In this document: one piece after another, positions 1 through 7,761 of the stretch
How the letters are laid out: the number at the start of each line of letters is the position of its first letter
Position numbering within the stretch: position 1 is the stretch's first letter
Assembly: GCA_000830295.1 (NCBI GenBank)
Contig: CP010425.1
Coordinates: 1 to 64,000 of the forward strand
Origin: an archaeon GW2011_AR15
GTDB lineage: Archaea > Nanobdellota > Nanobdellia > Woesearchaeales > GW2011-AR15
Reading direction: 5' to 3'
DNA length: 64,000 nt
Program-made: the position numbers and the translations under genes
The notes under the pieces: generated by a model
What the model saw: the letters and a program-made list of their open reading frames with translations, nothing else
Told to the model about the DNA's origin: nothing
Database searches by the model: none

Positions 1-49
1 AAAGATAAATAATGGATATTATAAAAAAGAAGCTGGCATCTTAGGGTAC

Positions 50-589
50 ATGCCCAAATCCAAAGGTAGAATTAAATCGCAAAAATATGTTAAAGATTTA
101 CTAACTAAGATTACTAAAAAAAAGACTAAACAAGGAAAAGGTAATCAATTGATTGTTTCTGGAAAAATATATACAACCATAGAGAAGATGTCGGAAGCGT
201 ACACACACTTATATGTTGTAGAAAATACGCTGAGAGATTTAATTAGGAAGGTATTATCTAACGAAGTCGATTGGTGGAAGAATAAAATCCCTCCTGGAAT
301 TCAAAAAGAAGTTGAAGAAACTATCAAAAGAACCCCTTACCACGCAGCCAAGAGAAAAGATGAGTTAGAATATACTCATTTAGGACAATTAAAAGAGATA
401 ATTATTTGCAAAAATAATTGGAATGATTTTACGCCCCATCTAAACAACAAAGATATAACCTCATTTTCAGTATTTATAAACCAAGCAATTGCTTCTAGGA
501 ATGCTATCGGACACTGTATCCCATTAGAAAAACAAGATCTGAAGATTGTTGATGTTAGATTTCAAGATATTCTAAATATGATAAAATAA
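50..589 (+). CDS. Swt1-like HEPN domain protein (cassette 1)
   Basis: 179-aa ORF with AY..LY..EN.LR and an RxxxxH motif (RNAIGH) typical of HEPN domains; start uncertain. Confidence 0.7.
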   Translation: MPKSKGRIKSQKYVKDLLTKITKKKTKQGKGNQLIVSGKIYTTIEKMSEAYTHLYVVENTLRDLIRKVLSNEVDWWKNKIPPGIQKEVEETIKRTPYHAAKRKDELEYTHLGQLKEIIICKNNWNDFTPHLNNKDITSFSVFINQAIASRNAIGHCIPLEKQDLKIVDVRFQDILNMIK

Positions 590-619
590 GCAACCAAAAA
601 CTACGGCACCAATCGGATT

Positions 620-671
620 CCCACAAAAATTAAGAATTTTTGGGGCACAGAAAATCCCTGATTTTCTCGTG
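620..671. repeat. REP/MITE-like double-hairpin element, copy 1
   Basis: CCCACAAAAATTAAGAATTTTTGGGG followed by CACAGAAAATCCCTGATTTTCTCGTG; similar copy at 24582-24635. Confidence 0.75.
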
Positions 672-748
672 TTCGGCAGTAAGAAAACTTCTCCGTTCGC
701 TTCGCTCACTCCGACCACGCTGCGCTCTCACTCCGCTTCGCTTCGTTC

Positions 749-776
749 GGGTCGGCAAACAAGAATTAGCCAAAAT
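749..776 (+). repeat. dif-like site 1
   Basis: GGGTCGGCAAA CAAGAA TTAGCCAAAAT. Confidence 0.7.
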
Positions 777-811
777 TGAGTTTTCACTTAACAGAAGATG
801 AGGCAATGTTT

Positions 812-1147
812 TTAATGTGGTGCGTAGAAGATTATCAATGCGCCTAGAAGTGCTACTAATGCTCCAATAATTTCGTATCGGTCTGGACTTTTCTTATCTA
901 CAATAAATCCCCAGATGATTGAAGAAATAATAAAAATTCCTCCATACGTTGCGTAAACTCTGCCAAAATGAGCTGGTTGTAGTGTGGGAATTACTCCATA
1001 TACAAAAAGAACTAATCCACCAATCAATCCATATAACCACGTTCTTTTTTCCTTCAGCCATCGCCAGACTAAATATCCTCCTCCAATTTCAAATAGGGCT
1101 GCTGCAAAAAATAGTGCCAATGTTGTAATAATTAGTGTTGATGCCAT
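812..1147 (-). CDS. YnfA/UPF0060 family small membrane protein (cassette 2)
   Basis: [13 protein letters not shown] and [12 protein letters not shown] motifs; 4 TM segments. Confidence 0.9.
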   Translation of the reverse strand: MASTLIITTLALFFAAALFEIGGGYLVWRWLKEKRTWLYGLIGGLVLFVYGVIPTLQPAHFGRVYATYGGIFIISSIIWGFIVDKKSPDRYEIIGALVALLGALIIFYAPH

Positions 1148-1500
1148 ATTGATTCCTCCTTTCTTGGCCAGTAGAATATTATGCCAACACCAATAAGTGC
1201 GATGATACCCCCAATAACATCAAACTTGTCTGGCGCAATTCCTTCAAAAATCCATCCCCACAACATTGCCATAACAATGAACACTCCTCCATAAGCAGCA
1301 TAAATTCTATGAAAATGCGATGGCTGAAACGTTGGAACAATTCCATATAAGAATAGTACAAACCCGCCCACAACACCGATCATCCAGCTATAACTTTCTC
1401 GCAGCCATAACCAGACTAAATATCCTCCACCTATCTCGAAAAGTCCAGCTAGGAAAAAGAATAATATTGTTGTAGCAATCTTTTTTGTTTTTTGACGCAT
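1132..1500 (-). CDS. YnfA/UPF0060 family small membrane protein, paralog (cassette 2)
   Basis: [13 protein letters not shown] and [11 protein letters not shown] motifs. Confidence 0.9.
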   Translation of the reverse strand: MRQKTKKIATTILFFFLAGLFEIGGGYLVWLWLRESYSWMIGVVGGFVLFLYGIVPTFQPSHFHRIYAAYGGVFIVMAMLWGWIFEGIAPDKFDVIGGIIALIGVGIIFYWPRKEESIWHQH

Positions 1501-1617
1501 TGATAATACAAAAGTTTCTATTTATATAAAACATCGCCTTTGATGAACGTGAAAACTCAACTTCTCCGTTCGCTACGCTCACTATGACCTCGCTGCGCTC
1601 TCCTCCCTTCGGTTGTC

Positions 1618-1645
1618 GGGTCGGCTAACAGGAATTATGCACAAT
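1618..1645 (+). repeat. dif-like site 2
   Basis: GGGTCGGCTAA CAGGAA TTATGCACAAT. Confidence 0.8.
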
Positions 1646-1659
1646 TGAGTTTTGAGGCA

Positions 1660-1884
1660 CTAAAGAAGTTTAAAGAAATCCTCTCTACTTAACCCAGCTT
1701 GTCTAATAATAGCTCTCAATGTTCCTTTAGCGATTTCTTTATGATTTGGAACAGTCATTCTTCTGAAAGGTTCTTTATTTTGTCTTAGAATAATATGGCT
1801 TCCTGTTTGATGATCTATTTCATAGCCAAATTTTTTAAGAGCTTTAACAACTTCAAGTCCAGAAATAACAGGCAACTTAGGCAT
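1660..1884 (-). CDS. hicA: HicA family toxin (cassette 3)
   Basis: GSH motif and TVPNH...GTLRAIIRQAG. Confidence 0.92.
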   Translation of the reverse strand: MPKLPVISGLEVVKALKKFGYEIDHQTGSHIILRQNKEPFRRMTVPNHKEIAKGTLRAIIRQAGLSREDFFKLL

Positions 1885-2089
1885 GAATATCCACTACTTC
1901 TTCATCAATAGATGAAGGTATTGGTTCATTATGCTTTTTTAGGCTTTCCAGATAGCCTTTCATGGCATCTTTTATATTAACTATAGCTTCGCTTCTAGTT
2001 TTACCTTGAGAGATACAACCTGGTAATGTTGGACACTCAGCCACAAAGATACCATTCTCATCTTGTTCTAACATGACTCTAAATTTCAT
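1877..2089 (-). CDS. hicB: HicB family antitoxin (cassette 3)
   Basis: PTLPGCISQGKT..EA..NIKDA; ATG at 2089 follows an AGGTGAG RBS. Confidence 0.92.
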   Translation of the reverse strand: MKFRVMLEQDENGIFVAECPTLPGCISQGKTRSEAIVNIKDAMKGYLESLKKHNEPIPSSIDEEVVDIHA

Positions 2090-2237
2090 TATACTCACCT
2101 TTCATAAGAAAAGAAGGACTTCTTTAAATAAATTGTGCCTCAAAACCCAACTCTTCGTCGCTTCGCTCCTTGTCCTTTCATCTCTCAACTCGCCAAGAGT
2201 GACTTCACGCAGTTCGTCCTTGGCTCGTTGGAGGAAA

Positions 2238-2265
2238 GGAGCGCATAACATGAATTATACGCAAT
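2238..2265 (+). repeat. dif-like site 3
   Basis: GGAGCGCATAA CATGAA TTATACGCAAT; left arm matches the E. coli dif XerC arm GGTGCGCATAA at 10/11. Confidence 0.85.
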
Positions 2266-2282
2266 TGAAAAAGGGCAAAAAC

Positions 2283-2531
2283 TTACTGTTCATCCTTGTG
2301 ATAGATGTCTAAAAAAATAAGTAACTCTGCTTGTTTATCAAAAGAATAAGAGATTCTGGAAGGGGGCACATATAACTCTCTAGTCCCTTTTCTTCCATAT
2401 CTCATAGGTTTACCAATTTCTGGATTTTCAACTATTTTCTTAATTTGTTTAATTACTCTTTCTTTTAGAGAATTATCTTTAATTTTTGATAATGTCTTAA
2501 TAAAATTTGATTCTCTTTCAATCTCTAGCAT
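2283..2531 (-). CDS. RelE/ParE family toxin (cassette 4)
   Basis: 82 aa; NPEIGKPM...RELYV...RISY...IYHKD pattern. Confidence 0.85.
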   Translation of the reverse strand: MLEIERESNFIKTLSKIKDNSLKERVIKQIKKIVENPEIGKPMRYGRKGTRELYVPPSRISYSFDKQAELLIFLDIYHKDEQ

Positions 2532-2794
2532 TTTTCAAGCTCTTTAAGAAAATCATCTTTTGATAGAGATTCAAACTTACCATTTTCATACCTTTTCCAA
2601 GCTGCTTCGGTCCTTCTTGCAAATTCCAGATCTTCTTCAAGGTTCTTGTTCAGTTTGCTAGCTTTTTTAATAATTAACTGATCCTTATTCTTTATAACAA
2701 GCAACTTTTCACCTATATTAAACTCAGCTCTAAGATCGTTAGGTATAACAATCTGGCCTTTAGTACTCATTTTTGTGATTCCGACATCTATCAT
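2525..2794 (-). CDS. AbrB/MazE family antitoxin (cassette 4)
   Basis: KMSTKGQIVIP..LR swapped-hairpin motif; overlaps the toxin start. Confidence 0.88.
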   Translation of the reverse strand: MIDVGITKMSTKGQIVIPNDLRAEFNIGEKLLVIKNKDQLIIKKASKLNKNLEEDLEFARRTEAAWKRYENGKFESLSKDDFLKELEKC

Positions 2795-2901
2795 TTAACT
2801 CACCTAAGTAAGAATATTCTTACTGATTATTTAAATCTATCGTTTTTGCCCTTTTTCAACTCCTGCGAACATTCGCTTGCTGAATGTTCTCGGCCCTTTC
2901 A

Positions 2902-2929
2902 GAGGCGCATAACATGAATTAGTTTCAAT
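2902..2929 (+). repeat. dif-like site 4
   Basis: GAGGCGCATAA CATGAA TTAGTTTCAAT. Confidence 0.8.
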
Positions 2930-3013
2930 ATTACTCAAGCGACCCCCTAGAAAATCTTAACTGTTACCTTTATTGGCAAATTATATAAACGATGTAGTCC
3001 TAATCGGTTTCAA

Positions 3014-3430
3014 ATGGCAGAAAAATATCTTATCGATACTTCAATTTGGGTTGACCTTTATGAAGATAGAAAAGGCTACCAGAATGAGCCGTTAGGCGAT
3101 TTTGCTTTCAATCTATTCTTGATGATAAAAACAAAACAGGACAAGATTGCCATTACTGATCTCACCATCAGAGAATTAGAAATGAATTATTCAATGGAAG
3201 AGATAAATGGCATGATGAAGCCTTTCGAAGACATCCTGGAGAAACTAGTTGCTTCTAAAAAACAACGCGATGAGGCTAAACTATTGGCTAAAGAAAGAAA
3301 CGTGCCAAAAGGCGATGCTCTTCATGCAATCCTTGCAAGAGATAACAAATTCATCCTTGTATCAAGAGACAAGCACTTTAGAGAATTAACTAACATTTCA
3401 GAGCATCATAAACCTGAAGAGCTTATCTAA
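3014..3430 (+). CDS. PIN domain (VapC-like) nuclease (cassette 5)
   Basis: YLIDTSIW, DALHAILA and SRDKHF PIN motifs. Confidence 0.9.
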   Translation: MAEKYLIDTSIWVDLYEDRKGYQNEPLGDFAFNLFLMIKTKQDKIAITDLTIRELEMNYSMEEINGMMKPFEDILEKLVASKKQRDEAKLLAKERNVPKGDALHAILARDNKFILVSRDKHFRELTNISEHHKPEELI

Positions 3431-3683
3431 TCCTTTTATCAATCTCTTCAAAAGCTTTTTCCCTTATTCTTTCAAGCTCTTCATCGCTTGTTTCCTTCTT
3501 TGAAGCACCCTTCAATTTAGAAATCTCCATCATAGCTTCTTTTAATTTGGAAGCTTCCACTTTCTCTCTAAGGGCATTTCTAATGAACTCTGTCCTGCTC
3601 TGGTAGCCTTCTTTTTTCACAATAGTATCTATATTGTTCAGAAAACTATCTTCAAGTTTTAGACTTATCATTTCAGTAGTCAT
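3423..3683 (-). CDS. Ribbon-helix-helix (CopG) protein, putative antitoxin (cassette 5)
   Basis: ISLKL...ID..V...GYQSRTEFIRNALRE. Confidence 0.85.
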   Translation of the reverse strand: MTTEMISLKLEDSFLNNIDTIVKKEGYQSRTEFIRNALREKVEASKLKEAMMEISKLKGASKKETSDEELERIREKAFEEIDKRIR

Positions 3684-3845
3684 ATATCTATTGTATATAC
3701 AACAGATATATAAGCATTTCTATTTTTCTGCCATTCTCTAAGATATAATTGACGCTATAAATCTAACGTAGGGGGGGTCGCTTTCCGTCATACTCAAAAA
3801 TTTAATCTCAACAAGTTGAGTTAAATTTTTGGTTTTTCTTCGAAA

Positions 3846-3877
3846 AACTCGCATAACATGCATGCATTATATTCAAT
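3846..3877 (+). repeat. dif-like site 5 with a spacer lengthened by 4 nt
   Basis: AACTCGCATAA CATGCATGCA TTATATTCAAT. Confidence 0.75.
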
Positions 3878-3942
3878 TTTCGTGCATATATTTTTTTAAG
3901 GAGACCCAAAAAGCATACCTTATTTTTAAAGAAATATTCTAA

Positions 3943-4551
3943 TTATTTTTTTGTTCCTTGTATTATATACAAACTCGCTAACGTTGGATCTTGACTTGGA
4001 AATATTCTCTCTCCTTCAATACCCAAGTAATATTCTGTTTTGACTGAGAAATATTTGGCCATTGTCTCCACAATTCCAGATAAATCAGTGTGTCTAATCT
4101 TACTCATATATGAATCAGGATCTTGAGTCCACCTCTTGAAATGCTCTGATTTGGAATTAAGAAGCATTATTACAATTCTGCTATTTGGTCTTAAAACCCT
4201 GGCTGTTTCACGGACAGCTCTTTCATAATTATCAATGAATTGTAAAGATGCCACATAAATAGCAGCGTCAAAACTTGAATCTGAAAAATCCATATGTTCT
4301 GCAGATCCCACCACTGTCCTAATACTATCTGGAGCCCCATTTAAAGCTTCTTCAGAAACATCCAGTCCAGTTACATTATAACCATGCTCTGCTAATCCTC
4401 TTTCTATGATGGCCGGACCGCAACCTACACTTAAAACGTCTTTACAACCTTTTAGGGATTCTAAAAGATAATCCAATTCTTGTTCGAATACTTTTCTCCA
4501 AAATTCAGATTGACATGAGTCTAAATAGCCGGGCATATCATGAGTTAACAA
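3943..4551 (-). CDS. Class I SAM-dependent methyltransferase (cassette 6)
   Basis: VLSVGCGP, GLDVS, F.DSSFD and RVLRP motifs; start may be the ATG at 4536. Confidence 0.9.
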   Translation of the reverse strand: MLTHDMPGYLDSCQSEFWRKVFEQELDYLLESLKGCKDVLSVGCGPAIIERGLAEHGYNVTGLDVSEEALNGAPDSIRTVVGSAEHMDFSDSSFDAAIYVASLQFIDNYERAVRETARVLRPNSRIVIMLLNSKSEHFKRWTQDPDSYMSKIRHTDLSGIVETMAKYFSVKTEYYLGIEGERIFPSQDPTLASLYIIQGTKK

Positions 4552-4696
4552 CTTATAATATTTAAATAATTTGATTTTAATTACACATAAAGGCTATAGG
4601 GGTCTCACTGTTTTAAACTATGCACGAAAACTCTTCGGGATTTTTTTGCTTCGCAAAAAACTGCCTTGCAGGCTATCCCTCGTCCTCCTTTCAGTC

Positions 4697-4724
4697 GGGT
4701 CGGTTAACAGTGATTATGCGCAAT
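4697..4724 (+). repeat. dif-like site 6
   Basis: GGGTCGGTTAA CAGTGA TTATGCGCAAT. Confidence 0.8.
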
Positions 4725-4769
4725 ATTACTCGGGTGGGCTAAGATGTTTAAATAGAAGACAACAAAAAA

Positions 4770-4892
4770 TTATAATTCTCCAATGGCAGTCAAGAGCTTT
4801 TCGTGGCCTTTTACAAGATTCTTAAATCGCTCAATCTCTTCAGATACAATCTCCAATTTTTCCTTATCGTTTGAACTCTCTGATTTTCCCAT
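4770..4892 (-). CDS. 40-aa small protein, putative antitoxin for Doc (not in ORF track)
   Basis: Manual translation MGKSESSNDKEKLEIVSEEIERFKNLVKGHEKLLTAIGEL; overlaps the doc 3' end and fills the rest of cassette 7. Confidence 0.55.
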   Translation of the reverse strand: MGKSESSNDKEKLEIVSEEIERFKNLVKGHEKLLTAIGEL

Positions 4893-5262
4893 TTTTTATC
4901 CACTCCTTTATTTCTTCATCAGTATAATGATTTTCCCTGATGCCAGTCATGACTCTCGCATTTGCTGGGTCATCTTTGATGCCAAGTTTTGCCTTATTTG
5001 ATAAAATAAATTCTTTCATAGTTATAAATGCTGTCCTTCTGTTGCCGCTTGCAAAGGCATGTTTTTGAACTAATCCTTTTAGCAAAATTGCAGCTTTGTC
5101 GTATATATCTCCAACTTTATTTTTGCAATCGTTAAGGACATCATTTATCTTGCTGTAACTCAAAACTTTTGGCTGGTCTGCCTTTTTCACTTTTATGAAC
5201 TGCAAAGCTAAGTAGTTGTATTCTATTATCCTATCCGATGTTGGATAGACTATTTCTGCCAT
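4864..5262 (-). CDS. Fic/Doc family toxin (cassette 7)
   Basis: HAFASGNRRTA, a variant of the Fic/Doc motif. Confidence 0.88.
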   Translation of the reverse strand: MAEIVYPTSDRIIEYNYLALQFIKVKKADQPKVLSYSKINDVLNDCKNKVGDIYDKAAILLKGLVQKHAFASGNRRTAFITMKEFILSNKAKLGIKDDPANARVMTGIRENHYTDEEIKEWIKNGKIREFKR

Positions 5263-5374
5263 TGAGTATACTATTTAAAAACAACTATATAAATATTGTT
5301 TTTATGAATGTTTGTCGTTCTATGTTTCACTCTATTTTACGCCTACCCTGCGTCATACTGTCCGTTCGCTTCGC

Positions 5375-5402
5375 TCACCGCATAACATGAATTATGTTCA
5401 AT
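5375..5402 (+). repeat. dif-like site 7
   Basis: TCACCGCATAA CATGAA TTATGTTCAAT; right arm matches the E. coli dif XerD arm TTATGTTAAAT at 10/11. Confidence 0.85.
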
Positions 5403-5500
5403 TGTGTTTAAGTTCTAAATTACGGTAGCTGGGGGGAGTCCGGGTGCTTCGCACATTCCAAAACAAAACGTTTTTATAGAATCTTTAAAACATATCTGGC

Positions 5501-6232
5501 ATGGCAGAATTGTTATTTTTCCTCTTGGCTTTTGTAGCAGAAGTAATTGGAACTATTGCTGGTTTTGGCTCTTCAACTATATTTTTGCCTCTCGCCCTGT
5601 TTTTTGTAGATTTTAAAACTGCATTAATCCTTGTTGCATTTTTTCACATTTTTGGCAACTTGGGCAGGATAACATTCTTCCGTCATGGGCTTGATAAAAA
5701 ACTAATTCTGGTTTTCGGCGTACCCAGTGTTTTATTAACTGTCTTTGGCGCACTATTGGTAAACTACACCCCGCAGGATATCCTAAAATTTGTTTTGGGC
5801 ATCTTTTTGCTAGTATTCTCCATAACTTCATTGATAAAACCAGATTTAAAATTCAAACCTTCAAGAAAAAATGCGGTCATCGGCGGAGGTTTGTCAGGAT
5901 TTTTGGCAGGTTTAATTGGTACTGGAGGTGCTTTAAGAGGCGCATTTCTGACAGCATTTAACCTAAAAAAAGAGAATTACATAGCGACTGCGGCGGCCAT
6001 CGCACTTGCTGTAGATATAACCAGAATCCCAATCTATTTTGGGAGCGGATTTCTTGGACAACAATTTTATTTGTATCTTCCATTGCTTTTTGTAATTGCC
6101 ATTGCCGGCTCATTTACTGGCAAAAAGATTGTTGATAAAATACCCCAGCAATCATTTAGAAAATTTGTTTTGACAGTAATTGCAATAGTAAGTTTGAAAT
6201 TTATTTATGATGGAATTTTATTCTTTTTGTAG
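5501..6232 (+). CDS. Sulfite exporter TauE/SafE family membrane protein (cassette 8)
   Basis: GTIAGFGSS and GFLAGLIGTGG repeats; about 8 TM segments. Confidence 0.88.
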   Translation: MAELLFFLLAFVAEVIGTIAGFGSSTIFLPLALFFVDFKTALILVAFFHIFGNLGRITFFRHGLDKKLILVFGVPSVLLTVFGALLVNYTPQDILKFVLGIFLLVFSITSLIKPDLKFKPSRKNAVIGGGLSGFLAGLIGTGGALRGAFLTAFNLKKENYIATAAAIALAVDITRIPIYFGSGFLGQQFYLYLPLLFVIAIAGSFTGKKIVDKIPQQSFRKFVLTVIAIVSLKFIYDGILFFL

Positions 6233-6393
6233 GCGTTCCACTCTTTTTTTAGAAAAAAGAAACAAAAAATCTGACGCCCCTCTCTCGTCCTTCAGACATA
6301 TACACTCCCTGCGGTCGGATTTATCAGTAATCCAAAAACTCTAAAATTTTCCTTCGGAACGTTGCACTAAATTTTAGGTCTTCCCGTTGGTCA

Positions 6394-6421
6394 GATGAAT
6401 ATAACATGGCTTAAATGGCAA
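6394..6421 (+). repeat. dif-like site 8, array/backbone boundary
   Basis: GATGAATATAA CATGGC TTAAATGGCAA; the right arm differs from the internal sites and housekeeping genes follow. Confidence 0.7.
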
Positions 6422-6459
6422 GCTTTTTATAATCTCTTTAAATCAATAAACCAGGGTGA

Positions 6460-7737
<1,278 letters not shown>

Positions 7738-7761
7738 GGGGAAGCCCCTTAATACATAAAA

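Larger units (their letters stand above)
1..6421. mobile_element. Array of at least 8 gene cassettes separated by directly repeated dif-like sites; continues beyond the window start
   Basis: Eight related 11-6-11 sites in the same orientation, each separating a 1-2 gene module. Cargo is rich in toxin-antitoxin genes and visibly more AT-rich than the housekeeping genes that start at purA. Confidence 0.85.

Noticed and set aside
776-5356. Cassette inverted repeats as IS or MITE ends
   Set aside because: No transposase and no target-site duplications; the repeats differ per cassette and always abut a dif-like site.
590-6421. Classical integron attC sites (GCATAAC and GGCTAAC resemble R boxes)
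   Set aside because: I found no complementary GTTRRRY box closing a hairpin within each junction. The symmetry is centred on a 6-bp spacer and spans the two ends of each cassette, genes lie in both orientations, and no intI is visible. Not fully excluded without a covariance search.
749-6421. CRISPR array
   Set aside because: The repeats are degenerate and separated by gene-sized modules rather than short spacers; no cas genes.
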